Shown: one piece after another, positions 11,025-25,319 of the stretch
Layout of the letters: the number at the start of each line of letters is the position of its first letter
How positions within the stretch are numbered: position 1 is the stretch's first letter
Assembly: GCA_035607055.1 (NCBI GenBank)
Contig: DATNDC010000124.1
Span: forward strand, 1,708 to 65,707
Direction of reading: 5' to 3'
DNA: 64,000 nt
From: Polyangia bacterium
GTDB lineage: Bacteria > Myxococcota_A > Polyangia > Fen-1088
Program-made: the position numbers and the translations under genes
The notes under the pieces: generated by a model
Told to the model about the DNA's origin: nothing
What the model saw: only the letters and a program-made list of their open reading frames with translations
Database searches by the model: none

Positions 11025-11792
11025 TCAGGCGCCGCCCGAGACGCTCGCCCCGGCGGCGACGATCTCGGCGACCAACCCGGCCATCTTGGACACCACCTGG
11101 TCCGGGCCGAGGGCGCTGGAGTCGATCTCCACCGCGTCGTCAGCACGGCGCAGCGGCGCGGCCGCGCGCGTCGAGTCCCGCTCGTCGCGGGCCACGATCT
11201 CCGCCCGCGTCTGGGCCTCGTCGGCCGGCTTGCCAGCAGCCCGCAGCTCGGCGGCCCGGCGCCGAGCGCGCTCGTCGGTCGAGGCCGTCAGGAAGAACTT
11301 CGCCTCGGCGTGGGGAAAGACCACCGTGCCGATGTCGCGCCCTTCGACCACCACCCCCCCCGCGCCGCCGATGCGCCGCTGGAGATCGAGCAGCGCCGCG
11401 CGCACCTCGGGCAGCGCCGAGACCCGCGAGGCGCCGTCGGACATCTCCGGCGTCCGGATGGCCGCCGTCACGTCGGCACCGTTGGCGAAGACGCGGTTGA
11501 CCGCACCGTCGAGGCGAAACCCGATCTCGAGCCCCTCGGCCAGCGCCGCGACGCCCGGGCCGTCGTCCCAGGAGATCCCCCGCTCGCGCGCCCGCAGCGC
11601 CATGGTTCTATAGATGGCCCCGGTGTCGAGCAGCGCGTACCCGAGTCGCTCGGCGAGCAGCCGTGCGGTGGTCGACTTCCCCGCGCCGGCAGGCCCGTCG
11701 ATGGCGACGATCAGGCGTCGTTCTTGTCCGGGGGGGATCGCTCGCTGGCGCTCGCTTTGGCCCCCCGCGCCCCCGCTCGCTCCGGTCGGCAA
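11025..11792 (-). CDS. cmk: (d)CMP kinase
   Basis: 255 aa with P-loop IVAIDGPAGAGKSTTARLLAERLGYALLDTGAIYR. Shows the classic cmk-rpsA synteny. Confidence 0.9.
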   Translation of the reverse strand: MPTGASGGAGGQSERQRAIPPGQERRLIVAIDGPAGAGKSTTARLLAERLGYALLDTGAIYRTMALRARERGISWDDGPGVAALAEGLEIGFRLDGAVNRVFANGADVTAAIRTPEMSDGASRVSALPEVRAALLDLQRRIGGAGGVVVEGRDIGTVVFPHAEAKFFLTASTDERARRRAAELRAAGKPADEAQTRAEIVARDERDSTRAAAPLRRADDAVEIDSSALGPDQVVSKMAGLVAEIVAAGASVSGGA

Positions 11793-11817
11793 AGCCTTCC
11801 TGCGCTCGCTGGAAACC

Positions 11818-12150
<333 letters not shown>

Positions 12151-12193
12151 TCAATGCCGCCGCGCGCCGAGGTGAAGCACCAGCTGCCGTCGC

Positions 12194-15100
12194 TCAAGCC
12201 TGAGCCGGCGTCGGTGCGGTTCCGACCTGCGCGCGACCGATCTTGCCGCTGCTCGAGCGGAGGTTGACCGCCACCAGCTTGGAGACGCCCGGCTCTTCCA
12301 TGGTCACGCCACAGAGCCGGTCGGCGATCTCCATCGTCCGGCGGTTGTGGGTGATGATGATGAACTGCGAGCGATCGGTCATCTCGCGGACCACCTGGTT
12401 GAAGCGGCCCACGTTGGCCTCGTCGAGCGGGGCGTCGACCTCGTCGAGCACGCAGAACGGCGAGGGCTTGACCAGGAAGATGGCGAACAGCAGCGACACC
12501 GCGGTCAGCGCCTTCTCGCCGCCCGAGAGCAGCTCGATGTTCTGGCTGACCTTCTTGCCGGGCGGGTTGGCGACGATCTCGATCCCGGTCTCCAGCATGT
12601 CGCTTTCGTCGGTGAGCGCGAGGTGGGCGTGCCCCCCGCCGAACAGGCGCGGGTAGATCGCCTGGAACTCGGCGTTGACCGCGTCGAACGTCTCACGGAA
12701 GCGCTTGCGCGAGGCCTTGTTGATCTTCTCGATCGCCGTCTCGAGCTGCGCGATCGCCGACTCGAGGTCGCTCCGCTGGGTGGTGAGGAAGTCGAACCGC
12801 TTTTGAAGCTCTTCCGATTCCTCGATGGCGGTCAGGTTGATCTCGCCCATGCGCTCGATGAGGCCGCGCAGCTCTTCGGCCCGCTTCTCCTCGACGGCGC
12901 CGAACAGCGCGCGCAGGTGATAGTCGGTCACCACCTTGGCGAGCTCGACGTCGCGGTAGCGGTCGCCCACCTGCTCCTCGATGCCGGTGCGCCGCATGCC
13001 GGCCTCCTGGCAGCGCAGCTCCAGCTTGGCGGCCGCCTGCGCCAGCCGCGCCACCTCGGCCCGCGCCGCCCGCAGGTCGGCCTCGCGCGCCGCCAGCTCG
13101 CCCTGCCGCGCCTCGAGCGCGCTCTGCCGCTCGCCGTGCTCGCGCGCCCGCGCCTCCGCCTCGGCTTGCGCCAGCTCCGCCTCGCGGCGCAGCTCGACGA
13201 CCTGGGCGCGCAGCGTCTCGGCCCGCGCGAAGTCCTCGGTCACCGTGCTGTCGAGCCGGGTGGCCCGCGCCTCGTCCTCGGCGCGGTCGCCGAGCAGGCG
13301 CTCCAGCGTCTGGCGCGCGTTCTGCCGCCGCTCGGTCGCCTGGCTGGCAGCCACCTTCAGCGTGGTGAGCAGTCCGATCCCGCGGTCGACCTCATCGGCC
13401 AGCGCGACGGTCTGGACGCGCAGCTCGCCTGCGCGCCCCTCGGCGTCGGCCAGCGCGGCCCGCCCGCTCTCGAGGCCCTCTTCCGCAGCGGCGACGCGCC
13501 CCTCGGTCTCCGCCTGCGCCCGGCCGAGATCCACCGTCTGCACCGACAGCGCGGCCCGCCGCCCCTCGAGTCGCCGGCGCTCCTCGAGGAGCCGCTGCAG
13601 ATCCTTCTCCTGCCCGAGGAGCTCCATCTCGTCGCTGCGCAGCGCGAGGGCCCCCTCGTCGCGCGCCCGCCCGAGATCGGCCGCCGCCTGCTTCTTCTCC
13701 ACGTGCCGCGCCAGCGCCGCCTGCACGTCGGCGTCGAGTCGCTGCATCACCGCCTCGAGCTCGCGGATCTCGCGCTTCTGCTCGAGGACGCCGGCCAGCG
13801 CCGATTCGCGCGAGCCCCCGGTGACCACGCCGTGCGGGTCGATCACCTCGCCGTCGAGAGTGACGATCGTTTTCGTGGTCCGCGTCTCGCGCCAGAGCGC
13901 CAGCGCGCGCTCGAGATCCTCGACCACCAACACGTCGCCGAGCAGGTAGGTCGCGACCGCGTCGTACTTCCGGTCATAGTTGATGAGGTTCAGCATCGGG
14001 CCGCGCACGCCCGGCGCCTCGGGCCACGCCTCGGCGACGGCCGCCGGATCGACGACCGGCGCGAAGCCCGCGTCGAAGCCCCCTGGGCCCGACTCGGGGG
14101 AGCCCGACGACCCTGCGCTCCCCATGGCGTCGTACAGCACCTCGCCGCGCGGCGCGCGCAGGGCGCGTGGGATGAACGACGACCGCCCCTCGCTCTTCTG
14201 CTTGAGGAACTGGATCGCCTCCACGCCCGCCTCGTGCGACTCGACGATCACGTTGCCGAGCCGCTCACCGAGCACCGCCTCGACCGCGGTCTCCAGCTCC
14301 GGCGGCGGCCGCACGATGTCGGCCACGATCCCCTCGATGCCCCCCGCCCCGCCGCGCTGCTGGTGCTCCTGCATGATGGCGCGCACGCCCTTCTGGAACC
14401 GTTCGTAGCGCTCCTGGATCTCCGACAGCGACGCCAGCCGCGAACGGCGGCGGTGCGCCTCCTCGCGCAGCGTCTCCAGCTCCAGCTCGCCCCGGCCGAG
14501 CTCACCGCGCAGCGCGACCAGCTGCGCCTCCTCCTCGGCGGCGCGCCGGCGCGCGCTCTCGACCCGCTCGCGCAACACCGCGACCCGCTCCTCGAACCCG
14601 GTCTGTTCGCCGGCGAGCGCGGTCAGCCGCTCCCCGGCAGCGGCGTCCTCTCCCGCCAGGCCAGCCAGCCGCCCGCCGAGATCGTCCCGCCGCGCCAGCG
14701 CCGCCGTCCGCTCGGCCTCCATGCGCGCGATCCGCGCGCTGGCCGACGCCATCTCGCCGACCGCCGCTTCGAGCGCGCCCCGCGCCTCGTGCAGCGCCGC
14801 CCGCCGCACGTCCTGCAGCCGCGCTTCTTGATCGTGCTCCCGCTCGCGCCGCTCGGCCTCCCCGTCGATCTCGGTGAGCTGGGCCGAGATCGCCTCCACG
14901 TCGGCGGTCCGTGCCGCCGCCCGCGCGCGCAGCTCCTCCGCCTCCGCGCGCGCCGACTCCGCGCGCGCCGCCAGATCCAGCGCCTCCGACTCGTGGTGAG
15001 CCGCCCGCTGCGTGCCGAGCTGCGCCTTGTTGGAGAGCGCGAAGAGATCGTCCTTGGCGGTGGCCAGCTCGCCGGCCTCCTCGGCCGACGCCAGACGCTC

Positions 15101-15943
15101 CGCCTCGACCGAGGTCTCCTCGGCCGCCAGCGCCGCGGCGTCGAGGTCGTGCCGCTCGCGCACCTCGGCGAGCTCGGCGATCGCCGACTTCTCCTCGGCC
15201 AGATACCCGAGGTACCGCTGCGCCGACGACCAGAGGTCGAGGTCGCGCAGCTCGCTCTTGTATCGCTTGTAGCGCTCGGCCTTCTGCGCCTGCAGCCGCA
15301 AGGAGCGCAGCCGCCCCTCGATCTCGGCGACGATGTCGGTCACGCGCAGGAGGTGCTGTCGCGTCGAGTCCATCCGCCGCTCGGCGGCCTTCTTCTTGGC
15401 CTTGTAGCGGGTGATGCCGGCCGCCTCGTCGATGAGGCCGCGGCGATCCTCGGCGCGGGACGAGACGATGAACCCGATCCGCCCCTGCTCGATGATGGCG
15501 TAGGCCTTCGACCCGACGCCCGTCCCCAGGAAGAACTCGACCACGTCCCGCAGGCGCGACGGCACGCCGTTGAGCAAGTAGTCGCTCTGGCCGTCTCGAT
15601 AGAGCCGCCGCGTCACCACGATTTCCTCGGGCCCCGCCGCGCCCCAGGCGACGCCGCCCGCCACCGCCCCCGCTGCCAATGACCGCGCGTCGAACGTCAG
15701 CGAGACCTCCGCGAACCCGGCGGGCCCGCGCGTCTCCGAGCCGGCGAAGATGACGTCTTCCATCGCCCGGCCGCGCAGGTGCTTGGCCGACTGCTCGCCC
15801 ATGACCCAGCGAATGGCGTCGACGACGTTCGACTTGCCGCACCCATTGGGGCCGACGATCGAGGTGATGGGGTCGGGGAAACTCAGCGAGGTCTTGTCGA
15901 CGAACGACTTGAAACCGCAGATCTCGATGCGCTTGATCTTCAA
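12194..15943 (-). CDS. smc: chromosome segregation protein SMC
   Basis: 1249 aa with N-terminal Walker A (FPDPITSIVGPNGCGKSNVVDAIRWV), long coiled coils, a hinge, and a C-terminal signature plus Walker B (LSGGEKALTAVSLLFAIF...PFCVLDEVDAPLD). Confidence 0.95.
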   Translation of the reverse strand: MKIKRIEICGFKSFVDKTSLSFPDPITSIVGPNGCGKSNVVDAIRWVMGEQSAKHLRGRAMEDVIFAGSETRGPAGFAEVSLTFDARSLAAGAVAGGVAWGAAGPEEIVVTRRLYRDGQSDYLLNGVPSRLRDVVEFFLGTGVGSKAYAIIEQGRIGFIVSSRAEDRRGLIDEAAGITRYKAKKKAAERRMDSTRQHLLRVTDIVAEIEGRLRSLRLQAQKAERYKRYKSELRDLDLWSSAQRYLGYLAEEKSAIAELAEVRERHDLDAAALAAEETSVEAERLASAEEAGELATAKDDLFALSNKAQLGTQRAAHHESEALDLAARAESARAEAEELRARAAARTADVEAISAQLTEIDGEAERREREHDQEARLQDVRRAALHEARGALEAAVGEMASASARIARMEAERTAALARRDDLGGRLAGLAGEDAAAGERLTALAGEQTGFEERVAVLRERVESARRRAAEEEAQLVALRGELGRGELELETLREEAHRRRSRLASLSEIQERYERFQKGVRAIMQEHQQRGGAGGIEGIVADIVRPPPELETAVEAVLGERLGNVIVESHEAGVEAIQFLKQKSEGRSSFIPRALRAPRGEVLYDAMGSAGSSGSPESGPGGFDAGFAPVVDPAAVAEAWPEAPGVRGPMLNLINYDRKYDAVATYLLGDVLVVEDLERALALWRETRTTKTIVTLDGEVIDPHGVVTGGSRESALAGVLEQKREIRELEAVMQRLDADVQAALARHVEKKQAAADLGRARDEGALALRSDEMELLGQEKDLQRLLEERRRLEGRRAALSVQTVDLGRAQAETEGRVAAAEEGLESGRAALADAEGRAGELRVQTVALADEVDRGIGLLTTLKVAASQATERRQNARQTLERLLGDRAEDEARATRLDSTVTEDFARAETLRAQVVELRREAELAQAEAEARAREHGERQSALEARQGELAAREADLRAARAEVARLAQAAAKLELRCQEAGMRRTGIEEQVGDRYRDVELAKVVTDYHLRALFGAVEEKRAEELRGLIERMGEINLTAIEESEELQKRFDFLTTQRSDLESAIAQLETAIEKINKASRKRFRETFDAVNAEFQAIYPRLFGGGHAHLALTDESDMLETGIEIVANPPGKKVSQNIELLSGGEKALTAVSLLFAIFLVKPSPFCVLDEVDAPLDEANVGRFNQVVREMTDRSQFIIITHNRRTMEIADRLCGVTMEEPGVSKLVAVNLRSSSGKIGRAQVGTAPTPAQA

Positions 15944-16165
15944 TCGCGCCTCCGCTTCCGGCTCAGGGGGGACGTCAAGTCGCGACCATACGTGGAATGT
16001 ATTGTCACGGCAGCGTCACCTTGTAGCACCCCGGTACCCGTTCTGTAAACAGCGTCGCGACGAGGTTCGCGCGCTGCAGCCGTCGGCGCAAATTCTCGTG
16101 GTGTTTCGTCCCGGCCCCGCTCCCCCGGCGACAATCCCACGTTTGGTGATAATGTCCCACCCCCG

Positions 16166-17488
16166 ATGGATTTCTCGTCGCTGCCGATCAGTCCGACCGA
16201 GCTATACGAGTTGATTGCGGTCGTGGGCGGCGTCGGTGTGACCGGCGCGCTCGGCGTTCTGTTCGTCCGGCGCGCGCGCGCCGCGCGGCGGCGCCAGATC
16301 GACGAGGCCGACGCGCCCACCGCCGCGCTGCCCCACCGCCGCAGCGAACCCCAGCCCGAGCCCGAGCGAGGCGAGGAGCCGGGCCAAGAGGCGCTCGAAC
16401 CCGCACAACGCGAGGAAGAAGAGGCACCTCCCCGACGTGCCGGCCGGCAGGCGGGCGGTGCCGCGGCGGCACACGCCCCGCAAGAGCGCGCCCCCGAGCC
16501 GGCGCCGGCCGAGCCCGAGCGGGAAGCGCAGGTCATCCCCTTCCCGGCGCCCGCGCCGAAGAAGAAGGAGGCGGCCGCGCTGGCCACCGGCCTGGCCCGG
16601 ACGCGCTCCACCGGTTTCATCGCGCGCCTCGGTGAGCTGTTCGCCGGACGCAAGCAGCTCGACTCCTCGATCATCGACGAGATCGAGAAGGTCCTGCTGA
16701 CGGCCGACATCGGCGTCAAGACGAGCCAGAAACTGCTCGAGGAGATCCGCAGCTCGCTGTCGCGGAGCGAGCTCAAGGACCCCGACGCCGTGTGGGCCTT
16801 CCTGCGCCAGCGCAGCGCCGAGATGCTGTCGCTGCCGGCGCCGGAGATCGACTTCGCGTCGGCAAAGCCGTTCGTCCTCCTCGTCATCGGCGTCAACGGC
16901 AGCGGAAAGACGACCACCATCGGCAAGCTGGCGGCCAAGCTGGCCGGCGACGGCAAGAAGGTCATGCTGGCGGCCGGCGACACCTTTCGCGCCGCCGCCG
17001 CGGAGCAGCTGGAGATCTGGGCCGGGCGCACGGGCGCCGTGATGGTCCGCGGCAAGGAAGGGGCCGATCCGTCGTCCGTCATCTTCGACGGCGTCAAGCG
17101 TGCCACGACCGAGGGCTTCGACGTGGCGATCGCCGACACCGCGGGGCGACTGCACACCAAGACCGATCTCATGCAGGAGCTCCAGAAGGTGCGGCGCGTG
17201 CTGGGCAAGGCCGCCCCGGGCGCGCCGCACGAGACCTGGCTGGTGATCGACTCGACCAGCGGCCAGAACGCGATCGCCCAGGCGCAGATCTTCACCGAGG
17301 CGATGGCCGTCTCCGGCATCGTGCTCACCAAGCTGGACGGCACGGCCAAAGGCGGCGTGATTCTCGGAATCGCGGACCAGCTGAAGATTCCGGTCCGCTA
17401 CGTAGGCGTGGGTGAGCGCGTCGAGGATCTGCGCGAGTTCGATCCCGCCGAGTTCGTCGAGGCATTATTCGCGCCGCTCGACACCTGA
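16166..17488 (+). CDS. ftsY: signal recognition particle receptor FtsY
   Basis: 440 aa with a charged N-terminal A-region and an NG domain ([17 protein letters not shown]...AGDTFRAAA...ADTAGRL...[10 protein letters not shown]). Confidence 0.95.
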   Translation: MDFSSLPISPTELYELIAVVGGVGVTGALGVLFVRRARAARRRQIDEADAPTAALPHRRSEPQPEPERGEEPGQEALEPAQREEEEAPPRRAGRQAGGAAAAHAPQERAPEPAPAEPEREAQVIPFPAPAPKKKEAAALATGLARTRSTGFIARLGELFAGRKQLDSSIIDEIEKVLLTADIGVKTSQKLLEEIRSSLSRSELKDPDAVWAFLRQRSAEMLSLPAPEIDFASAKPFVLLVIGVNGSGKTTTIGKLAAKLAGDGKKVMLAAGDTFRAAAAEQLEIWAGRTGAVMVRGKEGADPSSVIFDGVKRATTEGFDVAIADTAGRLHTKTDLMQELQKVRRVLGKAAPGAPHETWLVIDSTSGQNAIAQAQIFTEAMAVSGIVLTKLDGTAKGGVILGIADQLKIPVRYVGVGERVEDLREFDPAEFVEALFAPLDT

Positions 17489-17521
17489 GCCGTTGCCGGA
17501 AATCGAAGCTCAGCATTTTTA
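17485..17521 (+). terminator. weak terminator-like hairpin after ftsY
   Basis: CTGAGC (17485-17490) pairs with GCTCAG (17508-17513) and is followed by CATTTTT. The 17-nt loop makes this a weak call. Confidence 0.25.
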
Positions 17522-17522
17522 G

Positions 17523-17552
17523 TTGCTTGGAATTTTTTCAGCGTGCTATAGT
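17523..17552 (+). promoter_or_regulatory. candidate sigma-70-type promoter in an AT-rich island upstream of the OM barrel pair
   Basis: TTGCTT (17523-17528), an 18-nt spacer, then TATAGT (17547-17552). The same stretch also contains a weak GG-N10-GC pattern (TGGAAT-TTTTT-CAGC). Confidence 0.35.
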
Positions 17553-17643
17553 GCGCAAAATTCTCATTCCGGCCGTAAGTCTTTGATTTTTTTTGGGTTT
17601 TAGCCCTTCGGCTTTTCCAACCCCCTAGAGACAGCGAGGGATC

Positions 17644-18645
17644 ATGAAGCGACCGGCCATCTGCCTTCTCGTATGGGTTGCCCTCGTCGGATGGGCGGCA
17701 ACCGGCTACGCGAAAAAGGGAGGTGGGAAGGCGGCGGCACCTGCTGGAGATGACTCGGCCGGTGCGGCGGGTGACGATGCCGGCAAGAGCAGCGACACGG
17801 CGGCCGCGGGCGATCAGGCAGGGGACCAGGGGAAGGCGAATGCCGCGGGAGGCGCCGCGGCGACCCCGACCGAGAGCCTCGACGCTGGCGACGAGACTCA
17901 GCCGGGCAAGGTCGAGGAAGAGGTTGGGGCGACGCCCCAGAAGGTGGCCAAGCCCAACGCTTCCGGAAGCTGGTCGGACATCGTGGTCGTGCCGCGCAAG
18001 GCGTTCCTCAAGCAGTACCGCCTCGAGCTGCAGCCGCTGGTGGGGTTGACGGTCAACGACAACCTCATCCGGCACTACGTGCTCGGTGGTGACATCAACT
18101 TCTTCCTCTCGGACGTCATCTGGATCGGCGTCGAAGGGCAGTACTTCATTCACCAGCTGACGAACCAGGAAGAGCTGGTCGGCAGCGAGTACAATCGGGC
18201 CCCGACGTTGAACCAGTACCTCTACGGCGGGTCGTTCAACTTCGGGTACGCGCCCATCTACGGCAAGTTCGCCCTCTTCAACCGCTCGATCCTGAGCTGG
18301 GAGATCTGGGCCACCGGCGGCCTCGGCGCGACCTTCACCCAGACAATCCCGCGCGACCCGGCCAACGACGCGCTGATCTTCAAGAACACCGATCTGACGG
18401 TCAACGTGGGCATCGGGAGCCGGTTCTTCCTCCTCGATTGGCTGACGGTGAACTTCGCGTTGCGCGACTACATCATCGCCGACCACTTCGAACCGAATCC
18501 GGATGGGACGCGCGCCATGCCGGCCATCACCACCGCGCAGGAGGCCAAAGACAGATCCCAGTCCGAATGGGTCCAGAACCTGGTGTTCTACGTCGGCGTG
18601 GGGATGTATCTGCCGACCAAATTCCAATACAAGACTCCTCGTTAG
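17644..18645 (+). CDS. outer-membrane beta-barrel domain protein (Myxococcales paired type), copy 1
   Basis: 333 aa with signal peptide MKRPAICLLVWVALVGWAATGYA, an acidic/Gly/Ala-rich linker, then alternating amphipathic strands (GGSFNFGYAPIYGKFALF, NVGIGSRFFLLDWLTVNFALRDYI, NLVFYVGVGMYLP). Confidence 0.75.
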   Translation: MKRPAICLLVWVALVGWAATGYAKKGGGKAAAPAGDDSAGAAGDDAGKSSDTAAAGDQAGDQGKANAAGGAAATPTESLDAGDETQPGKVEEEVGATPQKVAKPNASGSWSDIVVVPRKAFLKQYRLELQPLVGLTVNDNLIRHYVLGGDINFFLSDVIWIGVEGQYFIHQLTNQEELVGSEYNRAPTLNQYLYGGSFNFGYAPIYGKFALFNRSILSWEIWATGGLGATFTQTIPRDPANDALIFKNTDLTVNVGIGSRFFLLDWLTVNFALRDYIIADHFEPNPDGTRAMPAITTAQEAKDRSQSEWVQNLVFYVGVGMYLPTKFQYKTPR

Positions 18646-18656
18646 GGCGGCGTCCA

Positions 18657-19583
18657 ATGCACATGAACGCGGATCTCAACCAGAACGTGACCCGGCGCTC
18701 GGAAAAGGACATGCCCATGAACATGAAGAGCCGTCACAGCGGACATCGTTGGCTCACGCTGCTCATCGCCCTGGCGGTGACGGCGGTGCCGCTCGCCGCC
18801 CAGGCGCAGCGCAAGAGCCCGCTGGCGGACGCTCCCGCGATCCGGAAGCGCTACGAGCTGCGGGCGACGCGCCTGGAGGTCGGAGCCGGGTTCGGCTCGA
18901 CGATCAACCAGGACTACTACCACACGCTGTTCTTCAACGCGAAGATCGGGTTCCACATCAACGACTGGTTGGCGCTCACGGCGTTCGGGAGCTTCGCGGT
19001 CGCCAATGTCGCGACCACCTTCCAGAACGACCTCACCAACTCGCTCTACCCGTCGAGCATGAGGGCCCCCAATCCGAAGGACCAACCTATCTCCGAGCCG
19101 GTCAGGTCCGAGGCGATCGCCTCGATGCAGAAGATCAACAATATCCTCGGCGCGCAGCTGGAGTTCACCCCCTTCACGGGCAAGTATTCGTTCGCTGGCG
19201 TGCTGTTCGCCAATTACGACTTCTACGTGTTCGGCGGCGCGGGCGTCATCAGCGTCAGCCCGACCAACACGGACACGAGCGTGCTCGCGCCCTGTCAGTC
19301 GAGCAACCCGGCCGACCCGAGGTCGAGCACCGCGGCCTTCTCCTGCGCCGTCAGCGGCTCGAAGTTCGGCGGCACGTTCGGCCTGGGCCTCCACAGCTAC
19401 TTCAATCACTGGCTGGCGTTGAACGTCGAGCTGCGCGACTTCTTGGCCCAGCTCAATCCGTCGGGACGTGACACGAACGCCGACCTGCACGCCACGACGG
19501 ACGACCTGTCCTGGACGCACACGCTCACTGTGGCGGCCAACCTGGTCTTCTATCTCCCGTCGACGCCCAGCATCTCCCCCTAA
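18657..19583 (+). CDS. outer-membrane beta-barrel domain protein, paralogue of the upstream gene
   Basis: Aligns by eye with copy 1 (RKRYELRATRLEVGAGFG, FTPFTGKYSFAGVLF, TFGLGLHSYFNHWLALNVELRDFL, NLVFYLP). The start is ambiguous among ATGs at 18657, 18711, 18717 and 18723. The signal peptide is MKSRHSGHRWLTLLIALAVTAVPLAAQA. Confidence 0.75.
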   Translation: MHMNADLNQNVTRRSEKDMPMNMKSRHSGHRWLTLLIALAVTAVPLAAQAQRKSPLADAPAIRKRYELRATRLEVGAGFGSTINQDYYHTLFFNAKIGFHINDWLALTAFGSFAVANVATTFQNDLTNSLYPSSMRAPNPKDQPISEPVRSEAIASMQKINNILGAQLEFTPFTGKYSFAGVLFANYDFYVFGGAGVISVSPTNTDTSVLAPCQSSNPADPRSSTAAFSCAVSGSKFGGTFGLGLHSYFNHWLALNVELRDFLAQLNPSGRDTNADLHATTDDLSWTHTLTVAANLVFYLPSTPSISP

Positions 19584-19603
19584 CCCGCCGGCCGCGAGGA
19601 CGC

Positions 19604-19819
19604 ATGTCGTCGCCGAAGAAAAAGGTCACGCTCTACTTCAACGCCCTCGTGCTGGGCGAGACCCAACACGAGGCGATTCGCCAGGACCGCTCGATCTCCT
19701 GGATCATCCAGGCCGCCTGGAAGATCGCGCGCGACGAGGTGCGCCGCCTGCCCGGCTACGGGCAGAGCCCTGCCGATCCAGCCGCGGCGGGGAGCACGAA
19801 GCAGGCCGAGTCGCTGTAG
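19604..19819 (+). CDS. small ribbon-helix-helix-like protein (hypothetical)
   Basis: 71 aa. KKKVTLYFNALVLGETQHEAIRQDRSISWIIQAAWKIARDEV has a strand-helix-helix pattern. It lies 20 bp downstream of the second barrel gene. Confidence 0.55.
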   Translation: MSSPKKKVTLYFNALVLGETQHEAIRQDRSISWIIQAAWKIARDEVRRLPGYGQSPADPAAAGSTKQAESL

Positions 19820-20157
19820 TCACCGTACGGCGTCTGGTAATCGACGAGGACGTGATCTCCCGGGTTACCGGGCAACGGCGGCGACGTCGCGAATGATCCG
19901 TCGTTGGCGCCGGTGACGATCACGCCCTGCCCCAGCATCTCGTTGCGGATGTAGTAAACGGCGTTCGCCGCCTGGGGAAGCGGCGGACCGCTGGCGACCC
20001 AGTATTGGGCTCCGCTGCTGTCCGTCAGCGCGGACTTGGTGAAGGCGATCGCGCTCGGGGGCGGAACGGTCAGGATGGGCGCCACGCACGACCAGAGCAA
20101 CGCCGCCCCCCCGAGCAGCGGCCCGAGCAGCAACCAGCGGCGACGAAGCGCTTTCAT
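19756..20157 (-). CDS. putative lipoprotein (hypothetical)
   Basis: The track ORF (to 20211) is trimmed to the internal ATG at 20157: MKALRRRWLLLGPLLGGAALLWSC (lipobox LWSC). GC3 is high. Its 3' end overlaps the convergent small gene by 64 bp. Confidence 0.5.
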   Translation of the reverse strand: MKALRRRWLLLGPLLGGAALLWSCVAPILTVPPPSAIAFTKSALTDSSGAQYWVASGPPLPQAANAVYYIRNEMLGQGVIVTGANDGSFATSPPLPGNPGDHVLVDYQTPYGDYSDSACFVLPAAAGSAGLCP

Positions 20158-20279
20158 TCGATGGAGTCCCCCGATGGCGGCAAGTAGCAAGTGCCACGCC
20201 GGCCCAACCACACGGAAACCGCGGGGGTTGCGGTCCCGAGCGGCAACGAGGTTGGCGGTGGACGCAACATGGTTCGGCT

Positions 20280-25250
<4,971 letters not shown>

Positions 25251-25319
25251 ATAGGCAATCTTATTGCAATCACAAAAGAAATGCTAATCGATAACGAAAG
25301 TTGGCAACCGCGGCCCCTG

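Noticed and set aside
20179-20196. Sigma-54-like element TGGCAC...TTGC on the minus strand, just downstream of the EBP gene and about 35 nt upstream of the lipoprotein ATG (20157).
   Set aside because: The GG to GC spacing is two nt too long (TGGCAC-N7-TTGC instead of N5), and the spacing is nearly invariant in sigma-54 promoters. It would be worth re-examining only if a TSS maps about 12 nt downstream.
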